This document shows, piece after piece, positions 29,573-38,014 of a DNA stretch of 64,000 bases. Origin of the DNA: Acidobacteriota bacterium (GTDB lineage: Bacteria > Acidobacteriota > UBA6911 > RPQK01 > JAJDTT01); contig OZ253580.1 in the NCBI GenBank assembly GCA_965263035.1, forward strand, positions 768,001-832,000, written 5' to 3'. The position numbers and the translations under genes are program-made. Every line of letters begins with the position of its first letter. The stretch's first letter is position 1. A model generated the notes under the pieces. The model was not told the DNA's origin, made no database searches, and saw nothing but the letters and a program-made list of their open reading frames with translations.

Positions 29573-29851
29573 TCACCTCTCGATGGAAAAGTTCAGGAAC
29601 GGACTCGGAGACACGTTGGTCCACTCCAGGCCCAGCACCCGGGCAAAGAACGGTCCCGACCTCAGTTGAGCTTCGAACTCCTTCAGGGTGGTGGTCTCAG
29701 CCTCGGCGTGGACCTCCACGTCCCCATCTTCCCGGTTTCGGACCCAACCCCTCACCCCCAGGAGTTGGGCGGACCTGTATGTGAAATACCGAAAGCCCAC
29801 GCCTTGGACCCGGCCCGTCAATCGATAGCGGCGAGCAGCCATGACATCCAC
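29573..29851 (-). CDS. acyP: Acylphosphatase
   Basis: GRVQGVGFR, GWVRNREDGDVEV. Confidence 0.93.
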   Translation of the reverse strand: MDVMAARRYRLTGRVQGVGFRYFTYRSAQLLGVRGWVRNREDGDVEVHAEAETTTLKEFEAQLRSGPFFARVLGLEWTNVSPSPFLNFSIER

Positions 29852-29915
29852 CCGTGATTCGCCCGTTCCGATTCCGGGCGACGCTGAGAAAAGCCTTCGG
29901 TAACCAGATTGTGTC

Positions 29916-29992
<77 letters not shown>

Positions 29993-30004
29993 AGGCAGGG
30001 AAGA

Positions 30005-30676
30005 CTAATAGATAGCATATTTCAGGAGCAGGAATCCACCGATCAGGAGAACCCCAAAGACCACGGTCAGCCAACTGAAGTAGCGGTCGATGAACTGCTT
30101 CACCCCGGGACCGAACCGAAGAATGAGAGCTCCGACCAGCAGGAATCGAGCTCCCCGGCTGACGGCCGAAACCAGCAGGAAGGTCGGGAAGTCGATTCGG
30201 AACGCCCCCGCCGCGATGGTGAAGACCTTGTAGGGAAGCGGGGTGAAGCCCGCGACGAAGATGGCGACGGCGTCCCATTCCCGGTACAGCGCCTGGACTT
30301 CCAGGTACGCACTCTGGGCCCCGTAGATCTCGATGATGGGCCGGCCCACCAGCTCGTAGAAGTACAGGCCGAGAGCGTAGCCCAACGCGCCTCCCGCCAC
30401 CGACCCGGCCGTACAGATGGCCGCGAAACCCAGGGCCCGGCCGGGGGCGCCCAAAGCCAGGGCGATCAGAAGCACGTCGGGAGGCACCGGAAAGAAGGAC
30501 GACTCGGCGAAAGCGATCAGAAACAGAATGGCGGCCGCGTACCGCCGGTGGGCCAACGAGAGCACCCAATCGTAGAGTCCCCGGACGACGCCGAGAGCCC
30601 AGGACAAGACCCCCCAAGGCGTACGGCCCGTGCTCGACGAGACTTTCACCGGGAGTTCCAAACCTTCATATCTCAA
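30005..30676 (-). CDS. DedA/YqaA (VTT domain) membrane protein
   Basis: [47 protein letters not shown]. Start uncertain. Confidence 0.88.
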   Translation of the reverse strand: MRYEGLELPVKVSSSTGRTPWGVLSWALGVVRGLYDWVLSLAHRRYAAAILFLIAFAESSFFPVPPDVLLIALALGAPGRALGFAAICTAGSVAGGALGYALGLYFYELVGRPIIEIYGAQSAYLEVQALYREWDAVAIFVAGFTPLPYKVFTIAAGAFRIDFPTFLLVSAVSRGARFLLVGALILRFGPGVKQFIDRYFSWLTVVFGVLLIGGFLLLKYAIY

Positions 30677-30808
30677 GCCCGTAAAGACGCCACCGAACCG
30701 GGTGGATTATACCCGGAACGCGCGGGTACAGTGGGTCCGCCGGATGCCCGGGCGGTGTGATCGACCGGGAGCGGAAACCGGCTTGAGTGTTCGGCGAGGT
30801 CACCACCC

Positions 30809-32530
30809 ATGGCGACGGGAGCGGATCTGGAAACGACCCTCAGACGGATCGACGGCCGCGGCTACAGGGCCTACCGGGACATCCGGGGAACGTACGATCT
30901 GGGCGAGTTCCAGCTCTCGGTCGACCACGTTCAAGGGGACCCGTTTGCCGCGCCCTCCCGGATCAGCGTGCGGGTGGAGTCGGGCCGAGCCGGCTTTCCC
31001 GACTCCCTGAGCGTCAACCGGGTCCGGCGCATCGCCTTGGCCGACTTCCTGACCCGGGCCTTTCATCGGGCCATTCGCGAGACCGCCTCGGGGCGCCGGG
31101 GTACCGGACGCAGCGGCCTCTTCGAGATCGATCGCGGGAACCAGGAGGTCCTGGAGGCCAACAGCGTCGTCATCCACCGCGGATTTCTGGAGGCCCGCTT
31201 CACGGCCGGTCTTCCCGCCGCCGGCCGGTCGATCCGTGGCCGTCAGGCGGCGGAGATGCTGCTTTCGGAACTCCCCCGGATCGTTCGCCGGTCCCTTTTT
31301 TTCACCCGCCTGCCGCGGGAGAAACTGCGGAGGCAGATTCAGGTCGTGGAAGATCAGGAAGCGCTGCGCAACCAGCTCGACGAGCGGGGGCTCGTGGCCT
31401 TCGTGGCCAACGGGTCCTCCCTGCCCCGCCGTACCGGCGTGGACGATCGCCCTCTCGTTCCCACACCCTTACAGCCGGTGATCGATTTCCGATCTCCCGC
31501 GAACCTGGAAGTCGAACTCGAAAGGCCGAACGCGGGACCGGTTCGGGGAATGGGCCTGAAACCGGGCGTCACTCTCGTCGTGGGAGGGGGCTTCCACGGC
31601 AAGACCACTCTGCTGAATGCATTGGAGCGGGGCGTCTACAACCAGATTCCCGGGGACGGGCGGGAGGGTGTGGTCACCATCGAATCCGCCCTCAAGATAC
31701 GGGCCGAAGATGGGCGCTACGTGGAGAAGGTGGATCTCTCCCCCTTCATCCGGAACCTCCCGCTGGACAGAGAAACGGGAAATTTCTCCACCGAGAACGC
31801 ATCCGGGTCCACCTCACAGGCAGCCGGAATCGTGGAGGCCCTGGAAATGGGCTGCCGCCTCCTGCTCATGGACGAGGACACCTCGGCCACCAACTTCATC
31901 ATCCGGGACGCCCGGATGCAGGCGTTGGTGGCCAAGCCCAAGGAGCCCATCACCCCCTTCATCGACAAGGTCCGGCAGATGTTTCGGGACTACGGCGTTT
32001 CCACGATCCTGGTCATGGGTGGGTCCGGAGATTATTTCGACGTGGCCGACTCGGTGGTGATGATGGACGAATATCGTCCGCTGGACGTCAGTGCCGAGGC
32101 CCGATCCATCGTTGCGGCCCAGCCCAGCCGGCGCTGCCCGGAGGGGGGTGACCGCTTCGGGCGCGTGCTCCGGCGCCGTCCCCGCGCCCGCAGCTTCGAC
32201 GCCAGCCGGGGCAGGCGGGCAGTCAAGATCGACGCCCGGGGATTGCGAAAACTCTCGTACGGCCGCGCCGACGTCGATCTGTCCGCCCTGGAACAACTGG
32301 TGGATTCCTCACAGACCCGGGCCATCGGACTCGCCATACACCATATGGCGACACGTTACTTTGGGGACGACCTGACCCTGGAGCAGGCCCTCGACCGCCT
32401 CATGGAAGACCTGGACGCCGGAGGACTGGAGATCCTGTCTCCGTTCAAGGTGGGCAATCTGGCCCGGCCCCGGCGCTACGAGGTGGCCATGGCCGTCAAC
32501 CGGATGCGGACCCTCTCGGTCCGGGCCTGA
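30809..32530 (+). CDS. Predicted ATPase of the ABC class (COG3044 / ABC_ATPase family)
   Basis: IDGRGYRAY, DHVQGDPFAAPS, Walker A GGGFHGKTT, IRAEDGR, ASGSTSQA, Walker B LLMDEDTSATNF, EPITPF. Confidence 0.88.
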   Translation: MATGADLETTLRRIDGRGYRAYRDIRGTYDLGEFQLSVDHVQGDPFAAPSRISVRVESGRAGFPDSLSVNRVRRIALADFLTRAFHRAIRETASGRRGTGRSGLFEIDRGNQEVLEANSVVIHRGFLEARFTAGLPAAGRSIRGRQAAEMLLSELPRIVRRSLFFTRLPREKLRRQIQVVEDQEALRNQLDERGLVAFVANGSSLPRRTGVDDRPLVPTPLQPVIDFRSPANLEVELERPNAGPVRGMGLKPGVTLVVGGGFHGKTTLLNALERGVYNQIPGDGREGVVTIESALKIRAEDGRYVEKVDLSPFIRNLPLDRETGNFSTENASGSTSQAAGIVEALEMGCRLLLMDEDTSATNFIIRDARMQALVAKPKEPITPFIDKVRQMFRDYGVSTILVMGGSGDYFDVADSVVMMDEYRPLDVSAEARSIVAAQPSRRCPEGGDRFGRVLRRRPRARSFDASRGRRAVKIDARGLRKLSYGRADVDLSALEQLVDSSQTRAIGLAIHHMATRYFGDDLTLEQALDRLMEDLDAGGLEILSPFKVGNLARPRRYEVAMAVNRMRTLSVRA

Positions 32531-32759
32531 CCGGCTCTCCCGTCGGTTCCCAGCCGGCGGAGTCACGGCATGAACTCGGACCTGGGCGCGCGTCTCTCCT
32601 GCGGACGGGTCGGGTCGAGACTCACGGTCGTCCGGCCCGAATGATGCCTGTTCAATGTCCTGCCCCGCGGGGGATCGCGCGCGCGGGGAATCGAGACTGT
32701 CCCTTTCCTTCGGACAGAGGCCAGGACGGGATGCGCGCGTGTCCAGAAGGGGACAGTCT

Positions 32760-32817
32760 GTTTTTCTGGGCATGGTCAGTTTTTCTGGGCATGTGTTTTT
32801 CCGGGCATGTTTTTCCG
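32760..32817. repeat. Short imperfect tandem array GTTTTTC(T/C)GGGCATG (about 3.5 copies)
   Basis: Read directly upstream of the RAYT gene. Confidence 0.75.
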
Positions 32818-32923
32818 TTCTCTTGAGTTTCCTTCGCCTTTCTCAGATCCGAATCGTTGTTGTCATCAGAGGTGCGAACCCATCCCTGCTGAGTCCGAGT
32901 CCGGTGAACCGAGGACCGTGGCC

Positions 32924-33859
32924 ATGGCCCGAACCGCACGACACAAGAGCTCAGAAGCCGCCTTCTATCACCTCACCAATCGAGTCACCGGCTGGACCGA
33001 TTGGTTCCCCTTTGAAAACCGCCAAGCCCGTCGCAAACTCCTGAACATGATGTTGTTCTACGTCAATGTCTACCGGTGTCGTTTGGCCGCTTTCCAGATC
33101 ATGGGCAATCACTTCCACTTCATCGTCCATTTTGAGAAGCCTCGCCTCTTGTCCCGCGAGGAGTTGTGGGAGAGCGCCCACAAACTTTATGGACGAAAAG
33201 CAGAGGTGACAACCGCCCGTTGGACCGACGCCCAATGGGCGGCTTTCAACCAGCGTCTATTTGACGTGTCCAAACTGATGGCGAACTTGGACGGGCAATA
33301 TGCCACGTGGTTCAACCACGAGTTTGCACGGCGAGGCCATTTTTGGGGTGATCGTTTCAAGAACCCGGAACTCCTGGGACGCCAAGCCGTCCAGGACGCC
33401 ATCCTCTACGTGGAACTCAATGCCGTCCGGGCCGGACTGGTCAAAAGGCCCGAGCAGTGGAAGTGGGGCTCGGCCCGCTGGCGACTCACCGGCAAGGACC
33501 AAGACCTGATTCCACTGGAGGAACTGTTCCCCTCGGATCCCGGAACGGACCTGTACAGCAGTTACCGGGCTCGCTTGTACTATCGAGGAGCCGTCCCCAC
33601 CCGGGAGGACCAGGCCGCGATCCCCCGGTGGATCCTCCATCAGGAGCAGCGACGTGGATTTATCCGTCCTGGAGCTTTTCGCCGGCGTTTGCGATTTCTG
33701 ACGGACGGATTGGCCGTCGGGCCGGCAGAGAAGGTGGCGCAGCTGCTGGAGACCTATCGGCAGCAAGGTCGATATCGACGTCGCCGACACCCCATCCCCC
33801 AACTGGGCGGAGTGCTGTTTTCCTTGCGGGAGCAGCGTTCGAACGCGTTTGTCACGTAG
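32924..33859 (+). CDS. REP-associated tyrosine transposase (RAYT; Y1 HUH, IS200/IS605 TnpA superfamily)
   Basis: MARTARH..FYHLTNR, HUH motif IMGNHFHF, FWGDRFK, catalytic region YVELNAVRAGLVKRPEQWKWGS; GAGG before ATG 32924. Confidence 0.88.
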   Translation: MARTARHKSSEAAFYHLTNRVTGWTDWFPFENRQARRKLLNMMLFYVNVYRCRLAAFQIMGNHFHFIVHFEKPRLLSREELWESAHKLYGRKAEVTTARWTDAQWAAFNQRLFDVSKLMANLDGQYATWFNHEFARRGHFWGDRFKNPELLGRQAVQDAILYVELNAVRAGLVKRPEQWKWGSARWRLTGKDQDLIPLEELFPSDPGTDLYSSYRARLYYRGAVPTREDQAAIPRWILHQEQRRGFIRPGAFRRRLRFLTDGLAVGPAEKVAQLLETYRQQGRYRRRRHPIPQLGGVLFSLREQRSNAFVT

Positions 33860-33936
33860 ACTCGCCTGATCGCCGACCGTGGACTGTGCCACCGCGGCAC
33901 CGAACGACCCCGATCACGGGAACCACCCAATAGACT

Positions 33937-34135
33937 CTGGCCTTTCCCCATTTTTCTGACGGTTTGACGGTTCAGGAGAACAGGGGAATCGGGTTTGAAC
34001 AAGGACCGTGACGTGGCAGTCCAATCCCGGCGGCCCGGCCAAACAAAGCCTGCTTGATCCCATCCGCAATCGCGTAGAAACGGAACTCGGGAATGCCGTA
34101 GATTCGCTTCGCGGCCCGCTCGATGGGTTGGACCG
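33937..34135 (-). pseudogene. Possible 3' remnant and terminus of a DDE (IS4-like) transposase
   Basis: Minus-strand peptide IERAAKRIYGIPEFRFYAIADGIKQALF followed by AAAAATGGGGAAAGGCCAG resembles, from memory, IS4-superfamily C-termini and ends. Not verified by search. Confidence 0.35.
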
Positions 34136-34197
34136 TTCCCGTTCGGGGAATCGAGACTGTCCCTTTCCTTCTTGCTGCCTTTCCTTCTTGCTGCGCC

Positions 34198-34429
34198 GGT
34201 GGATTCCTCACAGACCCGGGCCATCGGACTCGCCATACACCATATGGCGACACGTTACTTTGGGGACGATCTGACCCTGGAGCAGGCTCTCGCCCGGCTC
34301 ATGGATGATCTGGACGCCGGAGGGCTGGAGATCCTGTCTCCGTTCAAGGTGGGCAACTTGGCCCGGCCCCGGCGCTACGAGGTGGCCATGGCCGTCAACC
34401 GGATGCGGACCCTCTCGGTCCGGGCCTGA
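34198..34429 (+). pseudogene. Orphan 3' fragment of the ABC-class ATPase gene
   Basis: VDSSQTRAIG...RMRTLSVRA* with no matching 5' part; preceded by a 16-bp tandem duplication CTTTCCTTCTTGCTGC x2 (34163-34194). Confidence 0.85.
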
Positions 34430-34440
34430 GCGCTGGAGAT

Positions 34441-37400
34441 TCAGAACAACAGCTTGAGGCCCAACTGGATGTGCCGGGGCTCGCCGGCGGAGAGGATCCG
34501 GCCGAAGGTGGGCGAGCCCAGGAACAGATCCGGGAGGTGCAGATTGGGCCGGTTCAGGAGGTTGAAGAATTCAGCCCGAAACTGAACCGTCGCCTCCTCG
34601 GATATCCTCGTGTCCCGCACCAGCGACAGGTCCACCGTCGCGTATCCGGGCCCTTCGAGAACGTTCCTTCCCGAGTTCCCGAAACTGCCAAAGGCAGGAA
34701 AGGCGAAGGCCCGGGTGTCGAACCACTGATTCGGACCGGGATTGGAGATCCCTCCGCTGCCAGTCCGGTGAGGCCGGTCGTTGGCGCCGAAACCCAGTAT
34801 CGACCGTCCCGTGTTGCTGTTGTCGATCTCCGGAAGCAGGGCCACGGTGAATGGATGCCCCGTCTGGAAGGTCAGGATCCCGAAGCTCTTCCAGTTTGCG
34901 AGGAGGCTGGAAAACCACCCCTGATTCCCCAGGAGGGACCGGCCCCGGCCGACGGGAATCTCCCAGGAATAGCTGACGGAGAGCCGATGGGTCAGGTCGA
35001 AGTTCGACCGCGCCCGCTCCGTCCCCACGTTCCAGCTGTCCTGGGGAAAGTTGGGGTCGCCGGTGCTGGAAAAGAAGCTGGAAGAGTCATCGATGGACTT
35101 GGCCCAACTGTAGGAGGCCAGCAGCGAAAACCCGGAACTCAGCCTGCGGTTGAACCTCGCCTGGAGCGAGTGGTAGCTGGAGTTCCCGCGGGATTCCAGC
35201 ATGTTGATGTCGTCGAACTGCGGAACCGGCCGGGGATTCGGCCACACGGGACTGGGACGAGGCTGGTTGAAATCGCGTGCCGTCAGCAGCTTGGTCCCCT
35301 TGGAACCGACGTAGCCCACCTCGATCATCTGCCGGCTTCCCAGTTCCCGCTGCAGATTCAGGCTCCAGTGCTGGCTGTAGGCCTGGGCCAGGTCCCGCTG
35401 GTAGAAGAGGACCGACGGGGGCAGTTGAAAGGGATAGTTCCTGGGGAAGGGGTCGTACAAGGTCAACGGCAGCCCGGGCAGCGGGAAGAAGAGATGGAAA
35501 TCGAAATACGGGGGATTGAAATACAACCCCTCACCCGGCGCCAGGGGCGACTGGTCGTAGAAAACTCCGTATCCGGTCCGGAGCACCGTGCGTCCGCCCC
35601 GGTCCAGTCCCCAGGCCAGGCCGAGCCGGGGAGCCCAGTTGTTCCGGTCGGGCAGGTAGCCGCCCCGAGGCACGCCGCCGGTTCCGACGGCGACCAGGGA
35701 CCCGCTCACCGGATCGTAGACGTTGGCCCGATCATCCTTGTCGACCGGTGGAGAGTTGTACTCGTAACGGACCCCCAGAGCCAGGGTCAGGTTGGGCCTC
35801 AACTTGAAATGGTCCTGGACGAAGAAGCTGTAGCTCCGGTTCCGCAGGTGCTGGGGATTGTCGAGCTGAGCTCCACCCGTCAGCGAGGGCAGGCCCAGCA
35901 GCAGATCGGCCAGGCCGTTCCCCGTGATTCCGGTCCGACCCACGAAGTTGAGAAAGCCGCGGGACTGGACGTCCCGGTAGGCGTCCTGACGGACCATCCG
36001 GGTCTCCGCGCCCAATTGCAATAGATGCTTGCCGCTGGCGTAGGTGGAATGATTCAGGAACTGAAAGGTGTCGGAAGCGCTGTGTTGGGGGTTGTTGTAC
36101 TCATCCCCCAGGGACGAAAAGCCGGAGACGGTGATGAAACTCATCCCCAGGTCCCGCGGACGGTCGGAAAGGTCGGGCAATCCCAGCTCGGAGTTGAGGC
36201 TCCGTCCCAGGTTCTCCTGGAATGCACCGGCCGCAACCCGATTGAAGGCAAAGCGCACCTGATTCAGGAAGCGGGAGGTGAAGACATGAGACTCGCTGAA
36301 GGCCAGGTTCTGGGCCCGCCTCGGGACGTCGGTTCCGTAGCCGGGCACGGCTGAGAAGAGAGGACCGGAAAAGGGATCGAAGAGGTCCCGGTCTCCGAAA
36401 CTGTAGCGCAGGGCCAGACTCGAGGACGGGCCCGCGGCGTGATCGATCCTCACGTCGAAATGGTCGTCCCGATCCCCCAGGGTGGGGGAGGAGACGAAGT
36501 TGGGACCCTGCCCGGACCGATTGGGCTGGGGGTAGAGCTGGGCGATGGCGTGGCCCGTGGGATGGATCCAGGGGGACGGGATCACATTCCCGGGAAACGG
36601 CTGGCGGGTCAACGGATTCACCGGCACCGGACCGGAGGAGCCGGAAAAATCGCCGGAGCGTTCGTCCAGGGTGGGAACCGTGGTGCCCCGGGTGATTCCC
36701 TGTCGAACGCGCCGGCCTTCGTAATCGGCAAAGAAGAACGTCCGGTTCCGGACCACGGGTCCTCCCAGCGAGAACCCGAACTGGCTTCGGCGATACTCCG
36801 GGTCAGGCCCCTGAGGCAGCGAGAAGTAGTTCCGGGCATCCAGCGCCGCGTTCCGGAAGAAACCGTAGACGGTGCCGTGGACCCGGTTGCCGCCCGACTT
36901 GGTCACCACGTTGATCTGACTGCCCACATTGCGTCCGAACGAGGCGTCATAGGTGCCCATGAGCACCTCGAACTCCCGAATGGCGTCGACGGGAGGATTG
37001 ACGCCGATGCCGTTGAGCTTGGGGTCTCCGTTGTAGACACCGTCCAGCAAGAAGCTGTTGGACGCTTCGCGCTGTCCGTTGATGTTCAGCGCGAAGTCCC
37101 CACGGACCGAACCGGCCGATCCGGGCGCCGACGGAGCGCTCCCCGGAAGCAGCAGGCTCAGCTCGAAGAAGTTCCTGCCGTCCAGCGGCAAGCCCGCGAT
37201 CTGCGAGTTCTCGATCACGCTCCCCAGCGCCAGCGAGTCTCGCTTGAGCCATCCCCGATTCTCCAGGACCAAGACCTCTTCGGTCAGTTCGCCGGGCTGC
37301 AATGTCACTCGAAGCTCCAACCGCTCGTTGACCCGCAGGGAGAACTTCTCCACATGCCTCTTGTAGCCGGCGTGGGAAAGTTCCAGACGGTAGGCCCCGG

Positions 37401-37635
37401 ACGGGAGAAGGGGGATCTGCAGATGGCCGTCCCCGTCGGCGACGCCGGTCCGCCGGCGGTTGGTCTCTTCCTGGATCAATTCGACAGCGGCGCCCGGCAG
37501 AGGGCCGGTTCCATCTTCGATCTGCAGCCTCAACGAGCCTTCAACGGTCTGGCCCCGCAACGGGCCGCCGGCGCAGAGCAAGAGAATCAGGATCAACTCG
37601 GTTCTGGGTTTCAGTCGCAAGGGCATGGACTCCAT
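34441..37635 (-). CDS. TonB-dependent receptor (Oar-like)
   Basis: LPLDGRNFFEL, PPVDAIREF, TKSGGN, LDARNYF, LGVRYEY, NNWAPRLGLAW, FRAEFFNLLN, C-terminal QLGLKLLF. Confidence 0.9.
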   Translation of the reverse strand: MESMPLRLKPRTELILILLLCAGGPLRGQTVEGSLRLQIEDGTGPLPGAAVELIQEETNRRRTGVADGDGHLQIPLLPSGAYRLELSHAGYKRHVEKFSLRVNERLELRVTLQPGELTEEVLVLENRGWLKRDSLALGSVIENSQIAGLPLDGRNFFELSLLLPGSAPSAPGSAGSVRGDFALNINGQREASNSFLLDGVYNGDPKLNGIGVNPPVDAIREFEVLMGTYDASFGRNVGSQINVVTKSGGNRVHGTVYGFFRNAALDARNYFSLPQGPDPEYRRSQFGFSLGGPVVRNRTFFFADYEGRRVRQGITRGTTVPTLDERSGDFSGSSGPVPVNPLTRQPFPGNVIPSPWIHPTGHAIAQLYPQPNRSGQGPNFVSSPTLGDRDDHFDVRIDHAAGPSSSLALRYSFGDRDLFDPFSGPLFSAVPGYGTDVPRRAQNLAFSESHVFTSRFLNQVRFAFNRVAAGAFQENLGRSLNSELGLPDLSDRPRDLGMSFITVSGFSSLGDEYNNPQHSASDTFQFLNHSTYASGKHLLQLGAETRMVRQDAYRDVQSRGFLNFVGRTGITGNGLADLLLGLPSLTGGAQLDNPQHLRNRSYSFFVQDHFKLRPNLTLALGVRYEYNSPPVDKDDRANVYDPVSGSLVAVGTGGVPRGGYLPDRNNWAPRLGLAWGLDRGGRTVLRTGYGVFYDQSPLAPGEGLYFNPPYFDFHLFFPLPGLPLTLYDPFPRNYPFQLPPSVLFYQRDLAQAYSQHWSLNLQRELGSRQMIEVGYVGSKGTKLLTARDFNQPRPSPVWPNPRPVPQFDDINMLESRGNSSYHSLQARFNRRLSSGFSLLASYSWAKSIDDSSSFFSSTGDPNFPQDSWNVGTERARSNFDLTHRLSVSYSWEIPVGRGRSLLGNQGWFSSLLANWKSFGILTFQTGHPFTVALLPEIDNSNTGRSILGFGANDRPHRTGSGGISNPGPNQWFDTRAFAFPAFGSFGNSGRNVLEGPGYATVDLSLVRDTRISEEATVQFRAEFFNLLNRPNLHLPDLFLGSPTFGRILSAGEPRHIQLGLKLLF

Positions 37636-37812
37636 CCAATATCTGGGTAGACGATCGAGGAGTGATGTTACCAGCCCGTCACCGAACTCTCCACGGCATT
37701 GGAATCACCGACATTTGGCGCCGGTGGTCCGGCGGCTGGAGATCCGGCACTCTTGATCCCGCCCGGAGGGACGACCCGCCCGGAGCGGCGAGTTTCACCA
37801 TAAATGGAGAAA

Positions 37813-37854
37813 AATGACCCAGAATTTACTATTGATAGAAAATTCTGGGTCATT
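37813..37854. promoter_or_regulatory. Near-perfect 42-bp AT-rich palindrome in a divergent intergenic region
   Basis: AATGACCCAGAATTT-a-CTAT-tg-ATAG-a-AAATTCTGGGTCATT; function unknown (operator or REP-like hairpin). Confidence 0.55.
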
Positions 37855-38014
37855 GACGCGAAGACGACCGCCAAGGGGGCGCGACTCCGGGATCTCCCCG
37901 ACGTCCACTCCGGTTCCTTCGGTTCGGGATTCCGGATTGACGCAGGAATGATTGGCGTCCGCCGCTTCTTCCATGTCTTGCAGCAGGGACCGGCCCCGGC
38001 GTAACCTTCTTCCC

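Larger units (their letters stand above)
32684..34171. repeat. 28-bp perfect direct repeats flanking the RAYT (32684-32711 and 34144-34171), with an inverted partial copy near 32747-32759
   Basis: CGGGGAATCGAGACTGTCCCTTTCCTTC occurs twice; AAGGGGACAGTCT is nearly complementary to its AGACTGTCCCTTT core. Confidence 0.85.
32299..34429 (+). repeat. 232-bp direct repeat of the ATPase 3' end (32299-32530 and 34198-34429)
   Basis: Hand alignment: 9 mismatches in 232 bp, no indels; both copies end exactly at the TGA stop. Confidence 0.95.

Noticed and set aside
32760-32817. CRISPR array
   Set aside because: Units are about 15 bp with 0-4 bp between them; there are no spacers and no cas genes.
32299-34429. 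Diversity-generating retroelement (VR/TR pair at a gene 3' end)
   Set aside because: The 9 mismatches are not adenine-specific in either copy and are mostly synonymous; no reverse transcriptase is present in the window.
37636-38014. Cobalamin or other riboswitch upstream of the TonB receptor
   Set aside because: No recognisable conserved riboswitch motifs by eye; an Rfam/Infernal scan would be needed to exclude it fully.
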